Positions 24,013 through 36,061 of a stretch of DNA of 64,000 bases are shown here, one piece after another. The position numbers and the translations under genes are program-made. Source of the stretch: Eutreptiella sp. 'Long Island Sound 2002' (lineage: Eukaryota > Protista > Euglenida); contig OZ038379.1 of the NCBI GenBank assembly GCA_964036045.1, forward strand, positions 7,688,001 through 7,752,000, read 5' to 3'. The notes beneath the pieces were generated by a model. That model worked only from the letters and a program-made list of their open reading frames with translations. It was not told the origin of the DNA and searched no databases. The stretch's first letter is position 1; each line of letters starts with the position of its first letter.

Positions 24013-24782
24013 CCCCCATTGTAATAGCCACGCCCTTGTCCAAGGTACAATAGGTGTAGGGACCGTATTAATTTGGTACCTAAGTTTAATTTGGTACCAA
24101 ATGTAGTGCAGCCACACAAGACATGGATTTGGTGACAAAATTGCCAGTTACATAGGGTCATGGACACATTTGTTGTGAGTGTTTGCCCACTTGAACCCAC
24201 ATAGCTCTGATTTTGGGGATATTTCTGCACTATCCCCCTTCCTTGCACCAACTCATCACGGAATCTTCTCTTTAATCCTGATGAAGTCATATGGGCTAAG
24301 GCTGCCTAGGGTGTGTGGGGAACGGCGCATGTCTTTAATGGGAAGTTGTACTTTACAAGAGACCACACACAAGGCAATTTCATTCCCAAGAATTTGAAGT
24401 TGCCCGAGTCCAAACTAGCCCCTAAACCTCGGACAAAGGCATCTTCAAAGGCATCTTCAAGTGGTGAGCATGGACAGTTGTTCTGCATGGTGTATGATTG
24501 CAAGAAGGGTTTCCAAGCCAAACATTTGTAGGCTTCTCATGCCTCATTGCTTATAGGAACATGGGTGTGAACCTGAAGTTTCATGTTTCAAACACCTTCT
24601 AGTGTTTACATGCCTTTGGGAACGTTGGTGGAGGTTAAGGTGCACTCATACCATGCACTCACTCACGTGTGTGTTGGTATTCGGATGTGTCGCGTGCAAG
24701 CCACGTCCTTGTCTAAGCTAAAGTAGGCGTAGAGACCATATTAATTCCGTACTTTTGCGTAGCTATTACAAAGGGGGGGGGG
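24013..24782. mobile_element. ~770-bp MITE-like element, copy 1 (poly-C/poly-G caps, short TIR, internal subterminal direct repeats)
   Basis: Left end CCCCCATTGTAATAGC, right end GCTATTACAAAGGGGGGGGGG (inverted pair). Aligns along most of its length with 61189-61983. Confidence 0.85.
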
Positions 24783-25685
24783 ATTTTGGTAAATGAGAGC
24801 GGCTGCTGCTGCCTTGGTGCTGCTACTGCCGCTACCGCTACTCCTTGCGGTCCCATCCATGCCGATGCCAACAATGCCCAAGCCTTCCAAACTCGGGGAT
24901 ACGAATTGGCTCACCCCCTCCCCCTCCGTCGGCAACAGACTTTGTGCCACCACGTCACGTTCCATATCCCGATGCCCATCCCTCTGCCGATGAGTCATGG
25001 GCGAAAACAGGCCTCATGTCGCCCCACACCGCTCTATTGCGTTGGACAGCCTCACTTGCTATAGCACACCGCCAGGGCCCGGCCTCCCTTCAATATTGAT
25101 GCAAGATAGGGTTGGGGGGGGGGGGGGGCTTGCAGGGGGAGGGGGTTCTTGGCTTTGCGCTTCCATCGCCCTAAAGGGGGGGCAATGGGTGCTCTGGTTG
25201 GGGTGACAATCAGCCTTGCGGAGCTGCAACAACTGTGCAGAGAGGCTGCCCCAGGGAAGAGGCCCCATACATGTGGGACGGCCTCCGTGTTGGACGGTAG
25301 TGCCAGGCGGGTGTCCCTTGCCCCCCCCCCCCCCACCTCCCTTCACCTACACAGTCCCCATGAGGCCGGGGGTCAACTGCCCCAAAAGTCCACGGTACCG
25401 AAGGTGCCAAAGGAAATTTTCCTCCGGTTACAAGGGAGTTGTAGCGGATAGGTTGGGTTTGGGTCCTCTTGCATGGGGGGGGGTGGTCCATTGGGATGGG
25501 AGGGGGTAGGGGTTTGCGCATTGACGTGTATGTGTGCAATTAGCGACACAAACAGCAAATGCAAACCCCCGTGAACGCATCTGTGCACAAAAAGCTATAC
25601 TGCGCCACCAGACGCCGTTCTGCTTCCCAATGTGGAGACAGTGCCATGTTTGGACTCGAAGTTGTTGGACTCATCGGCCCCCCAG

Positions 25686-25812
25686 GTGACCACCGCCTCG
25701 GCCACCGAATCAATTTTCGCGGCTGCCCGCGAGCACCCCGGGCATTGTACCCTCCTAGTCCTGGGCCCTCTGACCAATATGGCCAAAGCAATGCTCGCCA
25801 GCCCCGGGACCA
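25686..25812 (+). CDS. Orphan exon/fragment resembling inosine-uridine-preferring nucleoside hydrolase
   Basis: Acceptor ccccag|gtg. Encodes VTTASATESIFAAAREHPGHCTLLVLGPLTNMAKAMLASPG, matching the family motif A..I...R.HPGxxTLxxLGPLTNxA.A. No GT donor is seen before the ~84-bp satellite, and I could not find other exons. Confidence 0.6.
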
Positions 25813-26223
25813 CCATGCCCACTTGTGGGCAACTCCTGATTTGTCCCCCACTCTGAAGCGTTCGGGACCCCCTAGACAGCAAGGGTTATGTAGCCACCCG
25901 GCCCACTTGTGGGCCACCTCTAACTTTGTCCCCCGCTCTAAAGCGTTGGGGACTCCCTAGGCGACTGGTGACATCCCCGGGGAATAGGTATGGGGGGTTG
26001 GGGAAGGTGTAAGCTGGCCTGTGGACACTGCAGCAGGGCATGCACATGCGTGCACTGTGCACGCCGTTATCCCCCATTTCCAATGATCACCAGGTCATCG
26101 AAGCGCACTTTTCTGGTACATTGGTGATGGCAGGGCACGGGAGGGGTGGGGTACTTCCATATGGTTGTACCATGTGGCATGAACATGGCTCTCACAACGT
26201 CTGTTTGTTTTTTAGTTTGCCAG

Positions 26224-27450
26224 ATGTCTTCGTTCACAAGTGTCGCCATGGCCCCGCCTGACGCCATCCTCGGGGTGACCCTCGCCTGGAAAGCCGATGC
26301 CTCCCCAGAGAAGTTGAACCTCGGTGTAGGAGCTTACCGCTCCGAGGAAGGGCAGCCTTTGGTTCTCCCCACGGTCAAGGATGCGGAGGCGGAGCTTCTG
26401 AAGCAACAAGAGGCGGGCAAGATCAACAAGGAGTACCTGCCCATTGATGGTATTCCGGAATTCTACAACGCCTCTGTGAGACTGATGCTCGGGGATGATT
26501 CCCTGCCCATCAAAGAAGGCCGTGCGTGCATCGTCCAATGCCTTTCAGGAACCGGTGGTTTGCGACTTGGAGCAGCAGTCATCGGCAGCTACATGAAGGG
26601 GAAAGCCATCTACGTCCCTGACCCAACGTGGGGCAACCACAAGGGAATTTTCCCTCAACAAGGCGTAGAAGTCAAGCAGTACCGGTACTACCAGCCAGCA
26701 ACGTGTGGCCTGGACTATGAGGGGATGATGGAGGACCTCCAGGCGATGCCCAGCGGGTCCATCGTGCTGCTGCACGCCTGCGCCCACAACCCCACGGGGG
26801 TGGATCCAACGGAGGAGCAATGGAAAGCGATCGCGGACGTCATCAAGGAGAAGGGCCTGTTCCCGTTGATCGACTCTGCCTACCAGGGGTTTGCCTCTGG
26901 TGACTTCGACAAGGACGCGTGGGCGTGCCGGCATTTCGCCTCCTTGGGGATTGAGATGATGCTTGTGCAGTCCTTTGCTAAGAACATGGGGCTGTACGGA
27001 GAGCGCACGGGGACTTTTACCACGATTTGCGCGAACAAGGACACCGCAGACCGCCTGAAAAGTCAAGTGAAAATTCTTATTCGGACCATGTATTCGAACC
27101 CCCCGTCCCACGGGGCACGCATTGCAGCGTTGATCTTGAATGATCCCACCAGACTGGCCGCATGGAAGGAAGAGGTGAAGATCATGGCGAGCCGTATCAT
27201 CAACATGCGACAAGAGCTGCATGCTGCACTCCTGGACAATGGCTGCCCGGGAACGTGGGACCACGTTGTCAACCAGATTGGCATGTTCACCTTCACGGGA
27301 TTGAAGCCCAAGCAAGTTGAGCTCCTGACCTCGAAGTACCACATCTATCTGACGAAGGATGGCCGCATCAGTATGGCTGGGCTCAGCAGTCCGAGGGTGA
27401 AGTATTTGGCGGATGCCATGAAGGACGCCATTACCTCTGTCACTGAGTAG
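26224..27450 (+). CDS. GOT: Aspartate aminotransferase (PLP-dependent, subfamily Ia), intronless, 408 aa
   Basis: Motifs PPDAILG, KLNLGVGAYR, LHACAHNPTGVDPT, DSAYQGFASGD, SFAKNMGLYGER (PLP lysine), YSNPPSHGARI, QIGMFTFTGL, DGRISMAGL. The ATG directly follows tttagtttgccag. Confidence 0.97.
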   Translation: MSSFTSVAMAPPDAILGVTLAWKADASPEKLNLGVGAYRSEEGQPLVLPTVKDAEAELLKQQEAGKINKEYLPIDGIPEFYNASVRLMLGDDSLPIKEGRACIVQCLSGTGGLRLGAAVIGSYMKGKAIYVPDPTWGNHKGIFPQQGVEVKQYRYYQPATCGLDYEGMMEDLQAMPSGSIVLLHACAHNPTGVDPTEEQWKAIADVIKEKGLFPLIDSAYQGFASGDFDKDAWACRHFASLGIEMMLVQSFAKNMGLYGERTGTFTTICANKDTADRLKSQVKILIRTMYSNPPSHGARIAALILNDPTRLAAWKEEVKIMASRIINMRQELHAALLDNGCPGTWDHVVNQIGMFTFTGLKPKQVELLTSKYHIYLTKDGRISMAGLSSPRVKYLADAMKDAITSVTE

Positions 27451-28366
27451 GCCCCGCACTATGGCAGAGGGGCTGTCCCAGCTCCCGGCGCAGGTGTGAA
27501 CAATGCTTGAGCATTGGAACACAGCAGAGGCTCTGTGTCTCACGATATTTTCAGTGCTGCTGGTTGCCCTTTGCGTAAGGCGTTTCATCGAAGTCGGAAA
27601 AAGCGACGCGCAAGAGCACCTGCGCATGAGATTCTCAGGTCAGGTTCTGTCTGGGCAGATGTGCCACTAGCGTCCAGCAGAGCAACCGAGTTGGAAACAG
27701 CCCCGAAAAGTGTGCCACTCAGTAATACCTGCTCCTGCCACACACACATACAAGTCCATAGGAACCAGCTCCTGCTGTCCAGTGCACAATTTAGTGGGAT
27801 TCAGGTCTATTCTGATCTGCCGGATGCAGGTGGCAAGTCTGATCTGGTCTCGTCCCCGTATGCCCCATTACGGGTGGGATTCAATTTGTGAGTTCAAGTC
27901 AGTGGCCACACGCACGGTGACAGACACTCTTGTGTGTGCGACCTGGACACGCAGTCTGCAAGGATTTTCATTACAGGTTCTAGGCACCGGATGCAATCGT
28001 TGAGAGATGTTTATATATTCTGTAAATATCCACCGCCCACAAACAGGCCAGTAGCACCCACGCACCCGTTTTCTGTGTGCGCTGCTCTCGAGCATTTGAT
28101 GTGCGCATCACAGCTACGCTTTTACCATCACTGAAGCCGGGAAGATTATGGTGTAGATTGGTATGCCTTGTTTCACGTGTCAGCACGGTGTAACTTTTGC
28201 TTCATTGTTTTCCGTTCCACAAACCGAGTCTCCTCTTTGCTTCCGGTCAGAGGAGAGCATGTGTGTACATATGCTGCAACCCGCAGGCCATGCCATATTT
28301 GCTTGGCCATCGGCAAAGCTCAGTGAACACAGTTCTTATGAGCGCTCTGCACGCACACCGGCACAG

Positions 28367-28483
28367 GGCCTTTATGTACATCCCCTTTTCAATCTCGATG
28401 AGGCCGCATGGCGTGCGCACACATTTCTGCCGTATTACCGCAGGGTACACGTGTGCCAGAGGTGCATTGCAGTTCATCGCCAG
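28367..28483 (+). CDS. Putative exon of an unidentified gene
   Basis: Acceptor gcacag| and a perfect donor CAG|GTAAGT. 117 nt, phase 0-0, encoding GLYVHPLFNLDEAAWRAHTFLPYYRRVHVCQRCIAVHRQ. No family recognised. Confidence 0.4.
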
Positions 28484-29104
28484 GTAAGTAAGTGCCTTCC
28501 ACGTTCCTGGGGACCGAAGACCTGTGGCGCACTGGCAAGCAACTGCGGAAGTGAAGTAGCAATTGCTGCTCCTTTTGCTCGCCGCCCTGTACGGGGCAGA
28601 CTCAGCCTCTAATGGACAGGCCTCTAATGGACAGCCCTCAGCACAGCCGGGCATTGAAAAGTCGAAAGCAACATCGACGTCTGGAGTGTACGGACGGATG
28701 TTAATTGTTGTGCCCCTCCTCAAGCCATGTGCACGCGTCCAGGAGGGCCCTCGCATTGAAGGCAAGTGCTGTTGAGCCCAAGAATCTCAGCCGGGTTGCA
28801 CTATTGAATCCGTTGTGGTCCGGTGGTGTGGTCGCGCTTGTGAACCTTCGCTGTCCTCCGTTGCACGGCCGGGCTGCTGGCGGTGCAGAAGGCACACTGC
28901 AGAATTGGCGACCCAGCCAACCCATTGGTCGGTCTTCTCCCCCCCCCCCCCCCATTCCTCCTCTCCTGCCCTTGTGCCCTGTGCCTTGTGCTCTGTGCCC
29001 TCTAGCCCATACCTTGTGCCTGGTAATTTGTGCCCTTTTCTATGCCCTGTGCCCCTCGCCCAGGCTGCGTATCCTGTGGGGACCGGCAAGCCTCTGCCGG
29101 ACAG

Positions 29105-29197
29105 CTGATTCAGCACGGACAACGTCCTGTGCTGCCAGGGCAAACCCGCGATCAGAACAGCCTTTTCCCATGCATTGGCAAGAACATCGTGTTGCAG
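29105..29197 (+). CDS. Putative exon of an unidentified gene
   Basis: ggacag| ... cag|gttgaa, 93 nt, phase 0-0, encoding LIQHGQRPVLPGQTRDQNSLFPCIGKNIVLQ. Frame-compatible with 28367-28483. Confidence 0.25.
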
Positions 29198-29829
29198 GTT
29201 GAATTGTGGGGAGACCGTTGCAGAGTTTGGTGGCAAAATTTGTATGAGCACATATGTGTTTTCATGGCACTCCAACTTTTTCACCGGCGGCGATATAAAC
29301 CGCTTGTAAAGGCCACGTGTCTTCACAGTGGTGTACAACACGAGCTTGCCGAGAGGCGGATGTATGTATATTGCAGGCGGCCATGGCGGAGCGACCACGG
29401 AGCAAATCCGAGGCTGCAGTAGGGGAGCCTCACGCTCTGTTGGCAGAGAGGGTGTCGTCTCTCATGTACTATTCGCCTCAGGAGAGCACGAGAGGGGGAC
29501 ACGCAGCCCGATGGCCCAAGGGCGAAGCTCCTGAATATGCATTCTTTCTTTCCTTCCTTCTCTGTGTCCCCTGCCCATTTCCTGTACCCAGCATCCCACA
29601 CCCCCGTACGTGGTGCCTTGTCCTTTGTGCCTGATGCCCTGTGCCCTGTGCGCAATGCCCCATACTCCTTTGGACCCATGCCTACGCACGGCCCTGCAAA
29701 ACGCCCTCAAAAGCAGGTCAGGGCTACTCTGGGGCATGATGGTTGTTGTTAGGCATGGCCAATTGTAGCACAGGGAGGAGAGCATAAGGCATATGGCACA
29801 GATAACGCATAGGGGGTAGCGCACACGCT

Positions 29830-29991
29830 GTGCTGTGCTGTGCTGTGATGTGATGTGATGTGATGTGATGTGATGTGATGTGATGTGATGTGATGTGATG
29901 TGATGTGATGTGATGTGATGTGATGTGATGTGATGTGATGTGATGTGATGTGATGTGATGTGATGTGATGTGATGTGATGTGATGTGATGT
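29830..29991. repeat. Pentanucleotide microsatellite (GTGCT)3 then (GTGAT)~29
   Basis: Directly visible. Confidence 0.98.
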
Positions 29992-32900
29992 GTGGGGGGC
30001 CAAATGGGAGGGTCAGGGCCGGGGTTTAGGGATGTAAAAACGATAAGACGTGGCCTGGATCTGGAGGTCACGCCTGATGAGGAACGTGGGGAATTGTTAT
30101 GCGCCTACAGGGTGAGGTCAGGACACATGCTGTGGCTTGTCATTGTCGAGGCAGCATTTCTATCTGGACAAGATCCAGTAGCCCTTCACTGTCTGTACAA
30201 GGGGTTTGTGGCGCATTGGGCAGAATGCTAGTGCCCTGGAATGTGCTCGTGCTTTTTCTAGTAGGCCTGGGAACTGGCATTGCAAGCAACAGTAGTTTTG
30301 TCACCAGGGTGACGTTACGGCTAGGCCGACGACAATTGTACCACAGTCCCCACTGCAGCTTCGATGCATCTGTGTCTTGAGACGCAGCTTTGCCATTGGA
30401 TCCGTCTGCTTTTTGCACCGCTTCACATCTCTCATGCAGGTGGTCCTGATGGGCCACATTGTGTCCGCATGTGGACCATAAAAATGACCGGATTTGATTT
30501 GCTGCCGCTTTGTCTGTGCTGGGGGGGCCGCGTTTGCGGTGGCGGTTTTGTTGTTGTCACATCTGTGGCCACATAGCCAGATGACACAGTGAAATGATCC
30601 CATATGATCTCTGTTATGATGCCCATCACGATCCCAAAAATGTGTATCCAATTGCGTTGTAAATCACATCAAAGATGTTGTTAGATCAATATCATTGGAT
30701 TATGGGCCATAGGACAAGCTTGGGTACTTTCAGCTTTGCGGGTGTAGGGGTGAAGTTGTGGGAGATGGGTCGTACTCCATCGGATCTGGGGCCTGCTGAA
30801 CAGGGGAGTCCAACCTTTTCAGGCAAAAACTCATCGCTGGGCCTGAATTCTGCCTATCTGCCGGTGCAGAAGCATTTCAGCTGCTGGGCGGGAGTGGGGT
30901 TACCTCTGAACTGCCAACTACTGTTTTTCACCACTAAATGGCCATAGTGTGTCATCAGGGTTTGGAAAGGCTATATTGGCAGCATGTTCAGCAATCAATG
31001 AAGCAGGGATCTCGCGCGCGGTGCGCGCGGTGCGCGCGCGCGGTGCGACTGTAGCCCGGTTGACTTAGAACGGCGGTACCATAGACTGTTGCCAAAAAGC
31101 GGTCATAGGGGCCTTAGTATCACAACTAGGTGGCCAATTGTTGTGTTTGGGTGGAAATATCAATGTCCAGGTGTAGAAGTGGGCAGCAGGGCACCTTGTG
31201 CATTAGAAAATATCGGTGTGATTATGTTTTGCCTCCTTGCTTTCCACGGGACAGATGGCAATGAATGCTGACCTTCTGGCGCCAGGCAGTAAGGTTTTTT
31301 ACCTGAGAGGCACAAACATTGCAGTGGAAACCAAACATTTTGAGACCGCTTGAAAACAAAGCATTGGGAACCAAACATTGCAGTGGGAACCAAACATTTT
31401 ACTGTAGCATTTCACAAAACACCTGTCTGAAAAAGGTGTGCATTTCACCGGTAAGTGACGTGTCTGCCTCAGCGCGCGGTGCGCGCGGTGTGCGCGCGCG
31501 GTGCGCTGAGGCACCCTCAGTGGAGAAACGGGACCCCATGCAGGTGTCCTGTTGATACCCCCCCGCCTTTGGATTTCGATTGAGACTTTACAGATGAAGG
31601 ACACTATTGCCCTCCTGCAGTCTGGCTCTGTGATTTGAATGTGTTTTGAGGCCTTTTGGATCACGCAGGCCACCACCTGATTTCTCGCCAATTTTTGCAC
31701 GATGCAGAATCACACGTGCAATACAACTATGATTTGGTGGGAAGTGGCTATGAATACAATGCCATTTTGTAAAAAAGTGAGCGAGCTTCGGTTGAGGATC
31801 GCCTTGCTCACTGAGCCTCCACACGGGGCCCGAAAATTTGAGCGGCATGGTTCCAGCTGCAAGGTTTCTGATGGCAGCTGCACTAACTGTAGTGGGGGTA
31901 TCGAGCAATTGCATGACTGGTTTATAGCAAAACCACTTTCACAACACAAAAAATTAAGTCCTTTGTCACCTCCCAATATGTACCCCCCCCCCCCCTGCGC
32001 ATGCATGGCCTTGTCTAAGCGCGGAGTGGGCGTTGAACCGCCGTTTTGAGGAAATTTTGGGACCGCTGTTTTTGTGGTCCAGAAAGGAAGGATTGGGTGT
32101 TTGTAGAGCACTTGTACAGGGGAAGAGGGGCTCAATCATGTTTGTGATAGTGCATTCTCTTCAAAATAACATTGTACCACACATTGCAACCCCATGCTGT
32201 TTGTTCTGATGTGATTTTCAGCCATGGCTAACAATGTTAGGCCTGGCATGGCTGTCACGTACGTTCGGAGCACTGGGGAACATGCGTCTACCACTATACA
32301 TTTGGGACCGTGGCCGTGCTTGCGCAAGTGGGGGGTACCTCTTTCAAGGTGGGTTTGTTGGGGTCTTGATCCTTGTTCCCTGAACCCTTTTTAGATGCCC
32401 ACTTTAGTCCAAGTCCTCGGACGCTTCAAGTGACCACATCCTTATTGGCATCAGGCATTTCATTGCATTTTTCACTTGGAAACATCTTGCGAAGGATGCT
32501 CAACATTTGGAGCCCCACACTTAGCCGCATTGGACAGCAGCTCAACGAAAGTGGCCATCATGAAGAAGCCAAATCCTTACTTTTATTTTTGCAATTGTTG
32601 GTTTCACAATAGTTGCTGCCCAGCCATGGTCAACAATTTCATGGTGTGCTGACACAATACAACAAAATTCACACAAACCGAATGACATGGCTATGTACAG
32701 CTAGGGTACCTTTTTCACACACTGCGGTGGGTACATTGCCAATTCAATGGCACCATAGGCCTAGTGGCATGAGGCAAAGGCAAAGCCACAGGTTATTGTT
32801 GAAGAGTAAAAGGGGTAAGCATGCCCTGACCGAGGCTGAAGTAGGCAAATATGAGGGGTAGATTCATAACACACACGTGAAGGCGAGAGTGGTTGAAACA

Positions 32901-33007
32901 GTTCCAACAAAAAATTGATGATTGATGAGGATGGGTGCTGAGCTTGATGGGGCTTCTAGTGGCGGGGGGGTGTTTGTGGTTTGCAACGGACATCTGTTGG
33001 AGGAAAT

Positions 33008-33615
33008 CACCTCGAAGAGAGGTTGTTAGATCAAGCGTAGGCGCGGGCGTCATATACCCCCCTTTTTTGGGGTCATTCGCGTAGCATACCCCAAGGCATG
33101 ATATTGGATGTCCAACCCCTTGTAAAATCATTATTTTGCCCAATAAGACCATCCCCCAATGGATTTTTTGATTCTGAGGCCTCTATCCCCTAAAACTGGA
33201 TATCACTTTTTTGGGGGGTGGGGGTGGGGGTGGGGGTGTTGGGGGGGGGGGTCAAAAGTTTTTGCTGAGAAGGCTACAAGCAGTGGAGAAGCACAGCGCT
33301 AACACACAACTGCTGGTCGAATGGTAACGCAGCAGACTGCTGCGATAATGGTCGGTGGTTCGAACCCCGGTCGGCGCATTCTTTGCGACGGCGGCGGCAG
33401 TATATTCACCGGACCGGGGTTCGAACCGACGATCAAAAATCCCTGGCCCGCTGCATTACCATTCGGCCACTGCTTCAATACAAGGGCCGAGGAGTCCCCA
33501 CTGCTTGGGGCCGTGTCTGCCACTGACAAAAAACCCAAACTGTGTGTTTCTGTCTGACTGACTGCTGGCCTGCCTCAGGGACTGCTTGGCTGACTGTCAA
33601 CCTCTCTTCGAGGTG
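33008..33615. mobile_element. ~608-bp element bounded by perfect 18-bp inverted repeats
   Basis: CACCTCGAAGAGAGGTTG at 33008-33025 and CAACCTCTCTTCGAGGTG at 33598-33615. No clear TSD. Confidence 0.65.
33312..33470. repeat. Convergent pair of tRNA-derived heads (A-box/B-box) forming an inverted repeat
   Basis: + unit: CTGGTCGAATGGTAACG..GGTTCGAACCCCGGTCGG. - unit: GTGGCCGAATGGTAATG..GGTTCGAACCCCGGTCCGG. Confidence 0.7.
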
Positions 33616-33871
33616 CACTGCCGAAGGCAATAGAGTTTTATGGTGTTGGAGGTGGTTCAGGCTGAAGATTTCATAAATAGGAGGCGTGAGTGCAAAAACA
33701 GGGGTGTAAGATTATTCAATTGACAGAAAGCACCTCAGCATTTGTTTATAATGTTGTACGCCTTTTGTACCGTGAGGTACAAAAAAACTGTAAGGTAAAG
33801 GACTGCTTGGTAGGCCAATTTGCGCATATATAGTGGCAGGTGCAATTGGGATTTTCGGCTGTATGTTGTTA

Positions 33872-33940
33872 GGGAATGCCGTGCACGCAGTGCGCACGCG
33901 GTGCGAAGTTTTGGATGTCGGCAAACACTCGCACCCTAGC
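33872..33940 (+). repeat. Dispersed repeat GGGAATGCC-(GCACGCAGTGC)n-GAAGTTTTGGATGTCGGCAAA..CCCTA; other copies at 41860, 44047, 58847
   Basis: Four copies align by eye. The copies at 41860 and 44047 share ~185 bp. Related GCACGCAGTGC units follow GAGTATCCC at ~34094, ~44666 and ~59853. Confidence 0.85.
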
Positions 33941-36061
33941 TACCTTTTGGTGGTAAAACATTGATCCTGTGCCCTTGGTTTCCTACAAAGGAAAAGTGCT
34001 TCCATAAATAGTCAAATATTTTTGGATTGTTCCTTTTTCTGAAATGGATTCCGAGGAAATAATACGGTCACCACCAACCGTATTACTTGGGTGAGTATCC
34101 CAGCCTCTGCGTGCGCAGTAGGCACGCAGTGCCCACGTAGTGCGCACACAGTGCAAGAACTTCCCCTTAGATTGGGAGTCAAGCCATTGATGTATCAAAA
34201 TGAATAGGCTTTGCAATCAAGAATGTCAATGTGTTGATATGGTGCTTATTTGGCACGCAGGCAAGGAACCCAAGCCAACCAATTTATGCACTACATTGGA
34301 TTACAATGTCTACATGAATGGCTGAATGGTTGTTTGAAAAGTTTCCCCATGGGTTATTTTCAGTGCATTGGGCATCTTTTAGGCTAAAATGTCGCCGACC
34401 AATGCTATACTAAGGGGGCGCATTAAGCGCAGTGTGCGCGCTGTGCAACTATTTGGGCGTCTAGCCGTACTAGAGACCCATACTTTGTGATACTAGGGGC
34501 ATCATTGTTGCCCCTAGCATAGGTTTTGATGCTTCTTCCACATTGGGGATATGGCATTTTGGATTTTCACCCACTTCCACCCTTTTTCACACTTTTTTGC
34601 TCATCTCCACCATGGACTCCCACATTTTGGTGTGGGCCCTTGAGTTGGGGTGGCGGACTCCCTGGTTTTTGCTTGACCACAGTCGAATGCCCTATGCGAG
34701 GCCGCATCATGCTGATGAGGATGCGTGGTTGTACCACAAGTGGAAACTGGAGGTTGACGTGGATTCCCTCGTTCAAGCCACTTTGCCCCCCGGTCCAGTT
34801 GAGGATGAGGTGGACACATACGAGGCTTTGGCACTAGCTGGTAGGGTGAGTGAGCTTTCAAATGCCACCACTCCGGAGCATTCTGATTTTGTACTCAGGT
34901 GACAATTGAACAGAAAGGAGGATATATGTGTGGCTTTCTGCATTTTGCATAATGTCTTATGTGAGCGGAAGGTTGCTTGCATTTGTCATCAGCTAGGGTA
35001 GTTTGGGTGTCCTAAATTTAGGGGCATTTGGAAGGGGTGTGCCTGGGGGTTCTTTAGGGAGGACCTAGTCTAAAAGTCTTGCGCAATGCGTGCGCAGTGC
35101 AAGGATTCCCCCTAAGCAACCAAGGGTGATGCTCCTTAATATGCTTTCACACCACCAATGTGCTCTAGATATCTGAGAAGGAGGGGTTATGTACTTTGAT
35201 TCCTATCTGCTTTGGGGAAATCAATATAGCAGTGCTTGCATCGCCACTTTTAATTGTGTTTGCTCATCCTTCTAGTGGTACTTGGTACAACAGTAGCGCG
35301 CCGGGCGCTTGCTAGGCAAACACTCCCTCATTGTCCTACAAAAGTTATTTCTTGTGCATGAGGCCTGCTACTAGAGGTATTGCAGCAATTTTCTCCAGGT
35401 TACATTGTCAACGGGGCACATTTGCTAGCCGTGCCTGGGATTGTTCTGTGTTTCAATAACTGGACGGCACAGCACCAAGTGCCCACGAAGCTTTCCAAGG
35501 CAAACTTGAAGAAGGCGGAGAGAATGCCTTGAAAATTGTGCACAAGGCAGAAATCAATTCTGCCTTGTATGAACTGCTTTTTTTTGCCTTTGCATTATTT
35601 GTTTGCCTTTGGGGGCAACAGATTTCAAATGGTCAGCAAGAACATCAACATTTTGTGTGGGTTTACTTACATGTGTCACAGACCGATCCATGGGCCTGCA
35701 AGATGCCAACACACCGTGCACACACCATAATCCTGCCAATACATCCTCACATGCAGTGCACAGGCACCAGTACGTCCTACAGACAAAAAGTGTTAGGCAC
35801 GACGCAGAAGGCAAGAAATGACCCGGATTGCGCAAATATTTTTTTGGCAAGTTTCAGCACCAATCTGCAAAACAAAATTTTCCGTACAAAAATTTCCCCT
35901 CCTGAAACACCCAACTGCACTCGTGACTTATGCAAATCATCCTGCAACAATCTCGGTATCTGATTGTTTTTGTGTGGTGCGGACCACAGAGAGTTGATGT
36001 TCGGTTGTGCTTGCTTGTGCATCAACAACTCGTGTATTTGTTCTTTCCAAAAGACAGAGAC

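Noticed and set aside
26545-27627. 360-aa minus-strand ORF
   Set aside because: Antisense shadow of the aspartate aminotransferase.
29724-30071. ORFs with (HHITS)n; also the ERER/SLSL ORFs at 55600-56495
   Set aside because: Translations of the (GTGAT)n and (GA)n/(CT)n microsatellites.
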